Source of the DNA: Clarias gariepinus
Taxonomy: Eukaryota
Length of the DNA stretch: 64,000 nucleotides
Direction of reading: 5' to 3'
Assembly (NCBI RefSeq): GCF_024256425.1
Contig: NC_071115.1
Span: forward strand, 12,462,746 to 12,526,745
The notes beneath the pieces are model-generated. The model did not search any database and was not told the origin of the DNA. It saw only the letters and a program-made list of their open reading frames with translations. The position numbers were made by a program, and so were the translations under genes. Shown one piece after another: positions 38,303 through 52,813 of the stretch. Numbering within the stretch: the first letter of the stretch is position 1; the number at the start of each line of letters is the position of its first letter.

Positions 38303-38382
<80 letters not shown>
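38303..38382. repeat. Compound (TA)26(GA)14 microsatellite, ~75 bp upstream of the gene C ATG exon.
   Basis: Read directly from the sequence. Confidence 0.95.
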
Positions 38383-38386
<4 letters not shown>

Positions 38387-40187
38387 TATTTGGCATTTTT
38401 AGATTTAAAATAACTGTCTGAATTGTCTCAAACTGAATAAAAACTATTAAATGTAGCTAATAAGCATTTAATTGTTGTGTAACTTGTATTGCTGATTGGT
38501 TGAAAATATGTCCTATATATACGACATACTAAAGTGGATATTAAGAATGCACGCTTTTTCCCGCGAAAGGCCGCAATTCGTCTCGCGCAGTGCCACTGAA
38601 TCCCACGAGCACCATTTAGTAATTTAAATAAATGTGTTGTGCTTCCCTGAATATGCAGGGACTTTAATTAAAAGCCAGACAAAGTACAATGAAGAACTAT
38701 GTATAATTAGTTAGCCTAAGCCAACATTGTTTCCAATGCTGAAGCAAACATGAATTTTATTTTGTTTTTACAACAGGTATTTCATAATGAACGTGTATAT
38801 ATGTGCTTCATATTATGTTCATAATAATGAAATGAGATGCCTTTCAAATTCATAATCAAACGTTTGTTATATAGTTTTTGTAATGTCTTAACAGGGAGAA
38901 AACAATAAAAGACATGGCAATGCCTCGGTTTAAATAGTCTTAAAATTAATTAAATTTCCTGATAGTAGGCTATCTGATAGTGTTAACTATGTGAATGTCC
39001 TAATTAATAAATGTCAACATATCTTCATTAAAACATAAAAATGTGTCGACATTAAGCACCATCAGAAAACAAAAAAATCAATATTTTTTAGTAAATATTC
39101 TACACCCCCAGAAATGCAACAACCACAAATAAATAATTTGAGCCGCTTTATTCAAGACATAATTTATTTTGTAATTTTTCAAAATCAAAAAGTATTAGGT
39201 CCAACTACGAAGTTTGATTTAATTGCTACCTTTAAACATTATTTTAAAAAAAAGAAATTAAAGCTATTTTATGTTTTGCTGGTGAAAAAAAATGTATGCA
39301 GAGACCGCTCTGTCTTGTTAATTCATCTAAAAATTTAGATGATAGGTATTTGCCACCAACGCCCCCAGTTTGATAACTTTACACCTATCATGAATGAAAG
39401 GTAAGAAGAGAGTCCTATATTCAACAATTATATTTGACTATATTCGACAAGAATATTAAGAATAAGAACTGTATTTATAATAAGAGAATTAATTCAATAA
39501 TACAATTATATTAAATAATACAAATGTTTTAGTTTAATCCAATAAACACAAAAATAAAAGATTTTATTTAAGAATTTTTTATTTTTTTTAAATAGCTTTA
39601 AATGGTACTTCAGCATGGTAAAACTACCCTCCTTAATTTAACTTAGTTTACAGGTGATATTTAATAATTAATGTTATTATTTTGTGGTGGTAATGTTATG
39701 GTTGATGAGTGTATGTCGTCAAAGTATTTGTGGACATATAATTAGGAGAAAAAAGTAAATTAAGGATGTCTAGAAACACAATGCATAACTATTTATTCGA
39801 CTATTCTACTGCTACCAGGCAAACCCGGTAAAGGTGTTTATTTTTTGTACATTCCTTTATTCGTCCTTTCTCTTTTTGTTTATGTTTCACTGTTTTCTAT
39901 ATATATGTTAAAAAATAATAATAATAAAAAAAAAGTATGGACAACAATGTTCCGGAAGCTTAGACTTTTTAATGACCAGCCTTACAGACCTGGGTGAAAG
40001 ATATGCTTCATTAAGTTTAGTATTTTACGTTAGGCCTTGTTGTTTGCTGGATATAACTAGATATTAAGTAAGGAAAATACACATTTTGTTTCAATACAGT
40101 TTTATTATATATAGAATATAGCAGACAATAGATGGCAAACAGTCAGTCCAAGTCTTTGCAAAAGTAGGAGTAGTTAGCATTTTTTTT

Positions 40188-41006
40188 TTAAAAAAGAGGA
40201 AAACTCAATCTTTTCTTTCTAAGAAGTTCGTTAATTCTATCTCTTATTTGCTTCTTGTTGCGGGCTGTGGGTTGGAATTTCTTAGCAACAGCATTAGAAA
40301 TTGCTTGACGCAGATTGGAAGGCAGTGCGTTTTTTCCCCTGGAACCATCATAGTTCACCGAACCTGCCCATTTCTGGTAAACATTGTGTGGAACCAACCT
40401 TTTAAATAAATCAACAGCAAATCGATCTACCCTTGGTCTGCCATCTGGTCCAGCTGAATTCAGATATAGTTCTTTCTCTTGCTCGATGGACACATGATTT
40501 AAAGTCACATCAGGTATGATCACGCCATGTATGAGAGACCGGCGTACAGGATGATGAGAGCGCGAAGCGTTTCTTGGTGTTTCAGGCAATCTCGAACAGA
40601 AGGATGAAACTGCTGAATGTTCTTGTGAGTTAGGCATTAAATGTTCCAGAACTGGTGAACTGTGAAAGTCGAGTATCGAACCAGTTGCCATCTGTAGGTT
40701 AGCAACATTTTCCGGATCAATCTCTACTTTAACGGCATGGTCGGTCAGAGCTGTTGAGGCGGCTGGTGGAAAGCCAAAATCTTCATCGTCCAAGCGTCCG
40801 ATGGGTGGTGTGGAATGGTCTCCAGCGGGGTCATGGATTAGAGCCTGATCTGCTGTTGGCAGATGTGACGTTATCTTCTCCTTCGAACCTGCTTCCAAGC
40901 CACTAACCAATCTGGCCTCCAAATTCAGACGGCTACGTGTCACAGCCCGTAACTGCTCCTTTGAACTGCTGGCTACAGCGAGGTGCCGACGGGTGATCAT
41001 TGTAGC
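40188..41006 (-). CDS. Terminal coding exon (includes the stop codon) encoding a ~272-aa segment with a C-terminal BEN-like domain (...RFAVDLFKRLVPHNVYQKWAGSVNYDGSRGKNALPSNLRQAISNAVAKKF...).
   Basis: Acceptor ttttatag|GCT at 41007-41010. Track ORF 40188..41000. The BEN assignment is from remembered family features (an aLLxxlF block, tG..g..K.aL(D/P)...v.aI motif); no database search was run. Confidence 0.5.
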   Translation of the reverse strand, partial: ATMITRRHLAVASSSKEQLRAVTRSRLNLEARLVSGLEAGSKEKITSHLPTADQALIHDPAGDHSTPPIGRLDDEDFGFPPAASTALTDHAVKVEIDPENVANLQMATGSILDFHSSPVLEHLMPNSQEHSAVSSFCSRLPETPRNASRSHHPVRRSLIHGVIIPDVTLNHVSIEQEKELYLNSAGPDGRPRVDRFAVDLFKRLVPHNVYQKWAGSVNYDGSRGKNALPSNLRQAISNAVAKKFQPTARNKKQIRDRINELLRKKRLSFPLF

Positions 41007-41098
41007 CTATAAAAGCCAACATAAAAAGCATTTAATACCTTTATTACACCACTGACATGTACAGGTTGTTTAATGGTGTTGCAAGAAAAATACATACC

Positions 41099-41172
41099 GT
41101 TTTCTTTTTTACAAGCCGGGTGTTCACCGTTTTTTTTGTGTTTTGGGACGACTTGATCTCTTTTCCAGAAAG
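41099..41172 (-). CDS. Small lysine-rich exon LSGKEIKSSQNTKKTVNTRLVKKKT
   Basis: Acceptor ttgtacag|CTT and donor AAAACG|GTATGT. Phase 0 at both ends, compatible with the flanking exons. Confidence 0.35.
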
Positions 41173-41288
41173 CTGTACAAACAACATAAGAGTTAGCATA
41201 CAAGTACAACAAAATCTGAATGTCAAAAGTCAGTGGGAAAAACGGTAACTGAATAACTACTGTACAGTATATTAAAAGGCTTTCTTAC

Positions 41289-41369
41289 CCTTTGTTTTTT
41301 GCCCGCACAAACGGCAACATTCTTCGTGGAATAAAACGTCTTTGCCTCCATGTCTGTTGCTACTAATAT
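41289..41369 (-). CDS. Exon (I L V A T D) MEAKTFYSTKNVAVCAGKKQR with donor AGG|GTAAGA. It is either an alternative first exon (ATG at 41351) or an internal phase-0 exon of gene D.
   Basis: Strong donor at 41288-41287. An upstream ctacag acceptor at 41370 is in frame with the ATG. Confidence 0.35.
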
Positions 41370-42388
41370 CTGTAGAAACTGCAAATGCCTACAGTGGTTT
41401 CGTTCGATATGTTTTATAGCTTAGGACCTTCCCTATGAATGTCTGCACCGATCACTACCCATTAAAATGTTGAATTCGAATTAAAATGCCACAAATGTTT
41501 AGCCCATGGGTGAACATGACCAAATGACAGCATAAACACCAGAACACGAGGATTTAGGAATTTAATTATGTCTTCTGATGGTGCTTAATGTCGACACATT
41601 TTTATGTTTTTAACGAAGATATTTTGACAGATTCATGAATCAGGACATCAGATAGCCTACTATCCAGGACTTTTAAGAACATTTAAATCGAGGCATTACC
41701 AAGCCTTTTATTGTTTTATCTCTGTTAAGACATTACAAAAACTATATAACAAACTTTTTATTTTGAATTTTAAAGCTAAATTTTGTGCATCTTATTCTAT
41801 TATTATGAACATAATTTATGTATTAAATTTGAAAAATATAAAATCCAACTATGAAGATGAACCGAGCGGGCCATAAAGCTCTGATTAGACTACCTAAGAA
41901 ATAGGCTCAAAATCCTCAGCCCAAACATCATTTTAATTACATTTTTAAATTAACAAATATTGTAAGCAAACAACAGTAGCACCAGTTTAGAAAAAAAAAA
42001 TATTTAGACAATAAAAAATTATTCTGCATCTATTTTAGGTGTGCCACTGCCACAAGTTATATTGCTCTTTTGACAACCCCGTAAATTTCCATGTACTTTA
42101 AAACTGTAGGTGTATTGTAGGTACATCTGTGTGAATAAACCAAGATGTTTCTTAGCCCCACCTGCATCAAAATGGCGAATTCAGAGAATGTTCCCCCACG
42201 AGAGGTTGTGTGCGGACCATTGAGCTTCTACGGATTCTAAAATTGGCATAGTTACCGGTTTTCAATCCTTGCAATGGAAGAGTCTGAGAATTTCTTTACC
42301 ATAGCCTGTTTTGTATTGTTTTTAATCCCTCTATACACAACCTATGATTTCTTTATGATATTTTACAAATGGAATATTTTTGTGATGT

Positions 42389-43043
42389 TACACTCTAAAA
42401 ACTGCTGGGTTAAATGTTAATGTGCTGGGTTATTTTATTTGACCCAACCAGTGGGTAAATTAACACTCTTGCTGGCTTGACACATTCCATTTGATGTAGT
42501 AAATAGAACCATTTTGTTTTAACTTCACATAATGTAAATACAGTAGATTGCCTTTTAGAAATACCCTAAATGAAATTATTCCGCTGTTTTAACCACTGCA
42601 GACATAGTTAGCCAGCGGTAGTTTTAGACGTTCGTTCAGAAGTGTGGCTGCGTTGGGCGGATCCATGAGCTCAGAGCGCCTGGGGATTGTCTGAAGCTCA
42701 AATCTCCGAAAACATTGTGGTTTGAAACCAGCGAAAATTGCAGCGCTTCGAGATAAAACATAATACACCTGTCCATAAAGGAAAATGAATATTTAGGCCT
42801 ATAAGCAAAATATATTTCCTTTAAATATTACAGATTCAAACAAGGAAAGATGACGTGCTGAGCTTCAGTTCATTGTGATGCAGACAAAAGGTCTAGGGAG
42901 GAAACTGAGATGTTTCTTTTTAGAATTCATAGCAAAAGCAACCCAACAGTGTGATTAAAGTACACGAAATAACCCAGAATTTTGACCCAGCATAAACAAC
43001 CCAACGATGTGTTTACAGAAAACCAGCATTTTTTTAGAGTGTA
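42389..43043. mobile_element. Non-autonomous DNA transposon-like element with TIRs tacactctaaaaa(c)tgctgg... / ...ccagcatttttttagagtgta.
   Basis: The two ends are inverted repeats. Internal gacccaaccagtgggt / gacccagcataaacaacccaac motifs are typical of an abundant zebrafish repeat, recognised from memory. Confidence 0.5.
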
Positions 43044-43111
43044 CTTCTACGACTACTAATAATGATAATGAATGGAGAAAGCGCAGCCAAAGCGTTGTAT
43101 TTAGCGAGTAT

Positions 43112-43118
<7 letters not shown>

Positions 43119-43162
<44 letters not shown>
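43119..43162. repeat. (TA)n microsatellite, the target of the adjacent Tc1 insertion.
   Basis: tatatata... run directly abutting the Tc1 TIR. Confidence 0.9.
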
Positions 43163-44715
<1,553 letters not shown>

Positions 44716-45890
44716 TATATTTGTGTTTGTTGCATTTCTGGGGTTGCAAGTATGTTTCATCGATAAATCTGCTCATATCTGCGCACGCGTTTATCAGCCT
44801 TTTGATCAAAAAGCGTGCACGCGCAACTCACTTTCACTTTGCAAAAGGCAGTATTTATTGTTTAGTTTATATTTAAAGCACATATACACAATAAAACAAT
44901 ATATCTTTTTGCCTAACTTATCAAACACTTTCGATTCTTGTTTGCACTTTGTCTTTTTGCACACACGCGCGGGCACGTTACAATAATAATAATAAAATAT
45001 TATAAATTTACAGCACTACCACTAATAATAATAATAATATTTGCTTGCTGTCAATGGGCGCCAAAGAGAGATTAACACATTTTCGGCTTCAGTAGACACA
45101 CAATACTGCAGATTGAAACACGACTGCCCCCTACACGTAATGTACGTCCTGTTCACAGCACACTGCTGCGGCAGCTCGCGAGATCCCTTTTCTCGAAACA
45201 TGCGTTTTTAACTGCCAGATCTGTAAACTGTAAGGCTGATCGGCAAGAATAAATCCACTGCTCCATATCTGACACATATCCAGACTATGGTTTGCAGATG
45301 AGGCACAAAGATTTTACTTTATGGAGAAATGTCCTCTGGTTTGATGAGAGGAAAATCTAACAGTTTGGTCATAATGACTAGTGTTATATCAAGCAGGCTT
45401 TCAAGCTGAAAAACACCATTCGTGCCAAGAACACCAAGCATGGGGTGGTAGCATCATTGTGGAGGTCTTTTGCTGCAGGAGTGACTGGTGCAAGTCACAA
45501 AATAGATTATATTCATTATGAGGATGGAACATCATGTAGATATACAGTATGTGAAGGAAAATCTCAAGATATCAGCCAGGAAATTTAAGCTCGGCTGCAA
45601 ATGGGTTTTTTATACTTAAGCATGGTTTAAACGTGGTGGCAAAATGGCTTTAGGACAATAAAGTCGAGGTATTGGAGTGTGACCTCAATCCAATAGCAAA
45701 TGTGTTGGCTGAACTGAAAAAGTGTGTGAGGGAAACGAGGCCTACACATCTGACTCAGCTACACCAGTTCTCTCATAAGAAATGCACTACGATTCCAGCA
45801 ACTTACTGTAGACAGCTTGTGGGAGACTACTCAAAATTAAATTATATACACACACAAACAGACACACACACAAAGACGCAAAAAACATAC

Positions 45891-46466
45891 CACTTCATTT
45901 GTAAGCTGGCTTTTTTTCTTCTTTTTGTCATCAAGACCATCCTGCAGCCCCAAATTCTTCTTCTGCTTCTTTTGCTTCTTTTCCACAATATTTGTCTCAA
46001 TGAGGCTCTGTTCTCCTTCTTTGTTGTCATTTTGTCCAAACTCTTTCATCAGCATTAGCTGCCTCCTGTTCTCCTCCACAATCCTCTCTCTTTTATGCAT
46101 CTTCTTGTGGGACTTCAACCAACCGGCCAGCAGATACACCTTGCCACACTCTCTGCATGGAAATCTCTTTCTAGACTTTTTGACTCCTTTTTTTACCGAA
46201 GATTCCTCAGGGACTGGGTTCGGTTCCTCTGGGACTTTGTTGGCAACGGTTTCAGTTTCATTACTGATGGTTTCAGTTTCGTTATCAATAGAGTTATTAG
46301 TGATAATTATTTTGGTTTCTGCGTTTGTTTTTAACTCCATAGTTATGCTTTGAGACGCAGCAGGTTCGTTTTTGGGTTGCTCGTTGACTGTTTCTGAAGT
46401 TTTAGTTTCTTCTAATGGCTGTTCAGCGATTTTGTTTTGCTCATTGCCACCCTCTGATGATGATGG
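45891..46466 (-). CDS. Gene D exon 6, 192 aa, with one C2H2 finger (FPCRECGKVYLLAGWLKSHKKMH) and a K/E-rich tail.
   Basis: Acceptor tgtttag|CCA at 46467 and donor GAAGTG|GTATGT at 45890. Phase 0 at both ends. Track ORF 45837..46340. Confidence 0.65.
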
Positions 46467-47241
46467 CTAAACAAGTTTACAGAAATGGGAAGAGAAATTG
46501 ATTTTAAAATGTTAGTGTACTTTTGTGTAATGGTGGGCGAAAGAACTATTTGGACATTATTGATTTTATTTAATATACTTGTAGTACAGATATCAACTTC
46601 ATATTTACATAACGTCTTTGAGATTGTACTTTTAAACATAAACCAAAAAAGAATGTATTCATAAGCAAAAACTAAGTACACACAAATAAAAAATATATTT
46701 GTGTACACATTATATGACCAAAAGTTTATGGACATCTGACCATCAGACTACTATATGGTTGAAAAAAACTTTGGGCACAAAAATGAATGCATACAATTGT
46801 ACAAATCATCACTGTATACTCTAGCATTTCAACATTCCTTCCTTAAAACTAGGAGGTGACCAACTGGACCAACCCACTGTACACCTTTTGGAATGAAGTG
46901 GAATGCACCCCCTGACCTCCTCACCCGAAATCAGCAACTGACCTCACTAATGTTTTTTGTGGCTGAAGGACCACAAATGTGCAGAGCTACAATTTAAAAA
47001 CCCTGAATGAGTAATGCTTTTTAAAAAAAAAAAATCAGGAACAGAAAATTACATTTATGATGGTCAGGTGTCCACTACCTTTTGTCCATGTTCTGCGTGA
47101 TGTACATGTAAAATGTACTAGAAATCTTAAGCTTTATTTACTCACAACAGGTTGGTACTGTATATAGATTACAGTCCGTAAAAGAGCTGGTCAATATATG
47201 CATATACTGTATGATTTAACAATAAAAACAAACAAACTAAC

Positions 47242-47451
47242 CTTGGTAATGACACGCCGAGTCCTTCTCTTAGTCGAATTGGGCAATATGGCGTCAGAAT
47301 GAATGTCACTTTTTTGTTGGTTAAGTGTATGACTCCGAATATGTGGTGCAAGCCACCCTTCACGAGCAAAAACCTTATCACAGTACGGGCAAGCAAAGAT
47401 TTTCTTTAATACGTGAACTTTGCTGCTTTCAGTGGTTTCCTCTTTCTTCGG
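47242..47451 (-). CDS. Gene D exon 5, 70 aa, a single C2H2 finger (FACPYCDKVFAREGWLAPHIRSH).
   Basis: Acceptor (t)14ctatatag|CCG at 47452 and donor ACCAAG|GTTAGT at 47241. Phase 0 at both ends. Confidence 0.7.
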
Positions 47452-48034
47452 CTATATAGAAAAAAAAAAAAAGAAAAGTCAATAATCAGAAAGCATTCAG
47501 TCTATAGAGAAACTTACCCCAAAAAGCAGATAAGTAATGAACAGCATGTTTCAACCTACATTTGAAGGTGATCTATTATGCAAAATTCACTTTTAAGTCG
47601 TTTTTATATAGAGTGGAATCTTGGGAGTACGAGCATAATTCATTCTCGAAGCGGGCTCGTGTTTCAAAATACTCATAAACCAAATTGAATTTTTCCATAA
47701 GAAATAATGGAAACTCAAATTATTTGTTCCACAGCCCCAAAAAAATAATGCATAAAAATAATTAACACAAAATATGAAATAAAAATAAAACAAATTAACC
47801 TGCACTTTATGTTTAAAAAAAAAGTAAAAATAAATCCTGATTTTCATAAACGCACACACACAATAGAAACACTGTTTTATCGGAAAATAAAAAAAATCTC
47901 TCTAATGACACTCAATTGAGTGACACACTAATAAAATCACAGGTGTAAAGTTAAAATGAAACCAATTAACCTGCACTTTACCTTTGAAAAGAATCACGAC
48001 AGGGCAGTGTTTCTGTGTAGAGCAGAGAGAATAA

Positions 48035-48058
48035 GTGTGTGTGTGTGTGTGTGTGTGT
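48035..48058. repeat. (GT)n microsatellite
   Basis: gtgtgt... run. Confidence 0.9.
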
Positions 48059-48783
48059 CTGTGAAGCAAAAGTAGGAGGGGTCTGTGTGGGTGTGTGTGA
48101 CATGGTGTCCAATGACGCATGCATACACAGATACAAAGAGCAGGCTGATACAGAGAGAAAAAATGGATTTTTAACATCTCTAATGAGACTTGCTTTTGCT
48201 TTACACACACGCTGTATACACGCATTCAGACACAAAATAAAACATGTTTTACGCGCACACACATGGTATAGTAAATAGTACGCATGTGCAATTAAGTAAG
48301 TGACTAAGACTCAGCAGGGGAAACAATTACCCACAATTTCGCAGCGCAAGAGAGAGAAAAACCGTTGGCTTAGTTGTGATCATGTGATGTTCGGCATCAA
48401 AACAAGAAGCGCATGCGTGATAGATGACAAAAAAAGTATAAAAAATATTTGCTCGTCTTGTGGAACACTCGCAAACTGCGTTACTCGCAATCCGAGGTTT
48501 CACTGTATTTCGGTATGTGCAAAACAAAATGTTAAGAATCATTTCCTGCTTTTGCTCCTTTTTTTTGCATTTTTGTATTGATCAAGCTTTACTGATTCAT
48601 TTAGATTTTCACTCTAATGTGACCTTATATGAGGGGAACCAGCCTATTTCAGTTGAAGCATTAACACAAAATAATAACCGTTAGCAGGATGATAATTATA
48701 AAGATATTTAGGAGACATTAAATGAAAGGAACACTGCTTCCAAACATTTTATTAATTTGTTATTTCTTTTGTTTATGCAGTAC

Positions 48784-48987
48784 CTCTTCTGAAACCTGGG
48801 GGTCGTCCTTCAGGTTGTTAGTTTGAAGCTGTTTCTTTTTCTGCCGCTTACGTTCTCGTTCATGTGACTTCAAGTGGAAGGTGAGCCAACAAGAGCGAGC
48901 GAAGATCTTCTTGCACTCAGGGCACTGAAACAATCTTTGACCTATCGCTTTTGCCTTTTCCACCTCAGTTTCGTTGTTCCTTATTAC
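48784..48987 (-). CDS. Gene D exon 4, 68 aa, a single C2H2 finger (FQCPECKKIFARSCWLTFHLKSH).
   Basis: Acceptor ttttctttcag|GTA at 48988 and donor GAAGAG|GTACTG at 48783. Phase 0 at both ends. Track ORF 48760..48963. Confidence 0.7.
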
Positions 48988-51360
48988 CTGAAAGAAAAGG
49001 AAGTTAAAAGTGTGTGTGAGGGGTTACCATGGGTTCCAGTTTATATTCTGTTCTTAAATACAATATATGTATTTACCTCTGATACCTCTGATATCTATTT
49101 ACCTCTGACATGTAAATAGGTTTGATTCTGATAAAATTTATAGTAGATTCACAACAGCACTGCAATTGTCAGAAAGTGCAACTTTACTATAAAAGTACTG
49201 TATATTACATATGTATATAGTATGTACAGTATATTTGTTTACTCATTTCTTCAGAAATACAATTCTTATTCTGCAAAAAACAAACAAACATGGAGATGCC
49301 TTCCACACGTTGGCTTTTCCTTATGTAAACAGTAATAAAAATGTAGTGCTGTCATGATTTGCCAGAAGATGATCCCTAATTAGACGTATAAAATCATTTT
49401 TGACGTATAAAACAGACGTATAAAATCATTTTTGTCATTTATAATAATCAAAACTCAATTTAACTAAGCATGCTCTGAAATATGCTGACTTGTAGTGACT
49501 ACACTATACACTAAGTTGCCTCTAATCTGTGACCGCCTCTGTATATTTTTAAACCCAAAGAGTCTAAATGGCAAAGTGACCTTATACATACAATATTTTG
49601 AGTTACAAACAAATTTACCTCTCAAGATATACATACATAAGGTTTGTAAATTTGTAAAATTTGTATTTACACACTTTTGGTTTTTGCACACTTTATTGTA
49701 GCCTGCATTTATTTTAAACTGCATTAAAAGGACATTTCGGTCATTTAACTTTGATTTCTTTTTGTGCAAATACATTAAACATCACAAACACTAATCTCTC
49801 ATCGAAAAGTATTCTAGGTCAATTCACTTGAGACTAGGCTCAACTGCATTAAGTATCTTGATTATCTTGTGAAGGTTCTAGAATTTGACTGGATGTGATT
49901 TAGAAAAACGCACACACACCTGTGCGTATGCGGCTGGACAACTTACGGTGCAAATCAAATCAGTAATCAAATCTCAGAGTCTCTGAATTACTTCATCAAT
50001 CAGGTCTTTACTGTAGAGGAATTAGATAGACTGAAGAGACAAAAATCTTTTTCTAGGATGTCCCTTTTAATAGTAATGAAAACCTGTGATTAGAGGCAGA
50101 TGATTTGATCATATTATTTATATTATTTAATAAAACATTATTATTTTATCTCTCACCCTTCACATACATTCATGAGCACTTTATTTGGAACACCCATACA
50201 CCAGCTCACTCACGCAATTATCTAAATCACCTAGTTGTGTGGCAGCTGGAATAATGCATAAAATAATGTATAGACTGGCTTAAGATACTGCTCACACCTG
50301 CCATCAGAACGGCTAATTTCCTGTGATTTAGCATCAATTATTGCTTGAAAGTCACACTGTTACGTCCCAGGACGTATTTCTTATGGTTTATGGTCCTGAT
50401 TTATTTATTTATTTATATGAACTATTTATTTACTTCTATCTGAGTATTATTGCTGACCATGTGCATGCATTCTTGCCCAAAATTTTGCATCTTTTAATGG
50501 CTAATTTCAGCATGATAATGCACAATGTTACAAAGTAAAAGTCGTCACAAACTAGTTTCACAAACAACACAATGTTTTTCAGTGAAAAACAGTCACAGAA
50601 TCCCTCACACTCTACTCCAGGAGAGCACCGCCGGGATGTGGCAGAACAGGGAATTTGCAGTATAAAAGTGCAGCTAAAAAACCTGCATGAATTATGTGAT
50701 GCGATCATGTCCACATGGACCAGAAAATTAAAACATATCCACCATTTTGTGGAATCCATACCATGAAGACCTAAGAGCAAAGGGAGTTAACATAGTGTTC
50801 CTAATAAACTGCTTAATGAGGGTATTTACATATAAATTCCTAAGCAGGTGCAAAACTACATCCTTATGAGACACCATATTTATTTATCACATTCATCGAT
50901 TACATTATAAAATTATGATATGCTTGGAAAGGGTTTTACTAGGACGTTTTTTATATTTTAAGTATAACAAGTAACAACACAAATAACAAGGACAAATAAT
51001 ATAAGAAACCAGGAGGACAAGCTGGCACATCATTCTCTCCATAGTCCACACACTTAATCTTTTGAATAGGAACTCTGAAAAGGAAAACAACCTACAGTAA
51101 ATCAACTACGTCACAGAAGTAGAATAAGTAAAAATTATTGTAAAAGTGAGGTGTGGAGATTCTTACCTTTGTACAGATCTCTTGAAGATGGTGCTGGAAA
51201 TTACTTTTCAGATCAGTTATGTGATTCCTCATCATAGTGTTGCTTTTCTCATTCTCTTATTCTTATTTTAACCATTTATTGTGTAAAAGTGATTAAAAAA
51301 ACACCAATGCTTTTCATTTGTAATACCAAAGTTTAAAAGAACTGTCAAATGCCACTAACA

Positions 51361-51396
51361 ATAATAATAATAATAATAATAATAGTAATAATAATA
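51361..51396. repeat. (AAT)n microsatellite
   Basis: aataataataat... run. Confidence 0.9.
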
Positions 51397-51710
51397 TCAT
51401 CCATTGCTTATCAGTTAATGCCTACATAGTAATCACTAGAGATGGGGGAAATTGAGTTATGAATTGCGATTCTTTTGTGTGTAGAATGACGTACCGCCAC
51501 ACTGACTCCAAAACAGATTTTTAAAAAACAATTTTTCCACTTACAATAGAGATAAACCAGTCGATCGGCCAGTCCTTTTCTAAACATCCTTTTCTTCACC
51601 TGCATCACTATTGTGATGTCTTAATTATCAATTATAATTAAATATGACTAATTTTCATTCTTTTTCATTATAATTATTGTTAATTGCCGCTTTGTCCTCC
51701 AAGCCCTTAC

Positions 51711-52097
51711 CTTTGTAAGATGTGATCCGCTGTCTGCTCTGTCAGTGTCATCCTGTACATTTTGTTCATCTTGATTCAAAATTGGCTTTCTGTGGGTCTT
51801 CATATGGACCGCCAGCCGTGATACATTAGTGAAGGCCTTGTTACACTGCAGGCACTGAGCTGTCTTGGGCTTTTCTCTTCCTTGTTTCGCTTTAAGGCCT
51901 ACAGGCTTGGCAGCACTGGTTTCAGAGAGCTTACTGCTGCTGCTGGTGTGTTCACTGGTTTCATCTGATGCCTCGCTTGGCTCTATTTCAGGGCCAGAGG
52001 GGCCAGCCCTTGATGAGATACCGACGTTAACCCATCCAGTACTCTGCTCTGTCTGCTCCGAGCTGTCAGACAGATCCTCTATGAATTCTCGTGATGT
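51711..52097 (-). CDS. Gene D exon 3, 129 aa. An acidic/serine-rich linker followed by one C2H2 finger (AQCLQCNKAFTNVSRLAVHMKTH).
   Basis: Acceptor cattcccatgtag|ACA at 52098 and donor ACAAAG|GTAAGG at 51710. The length is exactly 387 nt and phase is 0 at both ends. It is not seen as one ORF in the track because it is shorter than the cutoff after splitting. Confidence 0.65.
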
Positions 52098-52358
52098 CTA
52101 CATGGGAATGAAACAATTATTATGTGAATGTTGCACGGACTCAAATAGGGTATCTTTCTGAGATCTACCCCAGATTAGTCCTGGTCTGCCAAGACAATCT
52201 ATTGATGTACTAATTGTTTTTTCACAATGGTTTTTGGTTTTTTATAGCCAAATATTAACACAAAAGATTTGCTTCATGTCACATCAACAATGACTTTACT
52301 GCATTTCATCATTCTCTTGTATGCATTGATGTTAACTGAAGCAAAAATATGCACATAC

Positions 52359-52813
52359 CTTAGAAAGGCCACGTAACTTCTTCTTTCGCTTCTTGTCCCC
52401 GTAAAAGCATGTTTTACGCCTTCGGTACGTATAGGGCCTCTCGGCCGAGTGGACACGCATGTGAAACATCAGTCTCTGCTCCCTTCCAAACACCTTACCA
52501 CAGTCCGGGCAGGCAAAGGACCTCCTCTGGCTCCTGTTTCTTGCCATGGTGGACAGAGTAGGGTCAAAGTCTAGAGGAGCCATATAGCTTTGTGCCGAGT
52601 CCCATACAATACCATCAGGAACACTGGCATCTACAGGGGCACTGGTACCAGGATAAACCATTTCCATATCGGTAGTGCATACTGATGCTGTGAGACTTGT
52701 GTCAGGTCCATATAAAGGGCAATCAGAGGCGTCGACTGGCTCTGTTTTGATAATTAGGGATTCTAGTGTTAGTGTCTCTGTCAGACTGGCCTCACCTGGG
52801 ACAGCAGTGGGAT
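52359..52813 (-). CDS. Gene D exon 2, ~151 aa, with one C2H2 finger (FACPDCGKVFGREQRLMFHMRVHSAERPY) followed by a basic tail.
   Basis: Acceptor ttttgttatttctatgccccacag|AT at 52814 (phase 1, matching the exon 1 donor) and donor TCTAAG|GTATGT at 52358. Track ORF 52332..52835. Confidence 0.7.

Noticed and set aside
45672-46058. 128-aa plus ORF 45672..46058
   Set aside because: It runs through a CA/CT-rich low-complexity stretch and overlaps the minus-strand exon 6 of gene D. It has no homology signal.
45925-46353. Plus-strand ORFs 45925..46353, 46095..46334, 51865..52161, 60245..60520, 36108..36296, 36451..36672, 34210..34455 and 14202..14393.
   Set aside because: They are antisense to well-supported minus-strand exons. 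They have low-complexity translations and no splice or start context.
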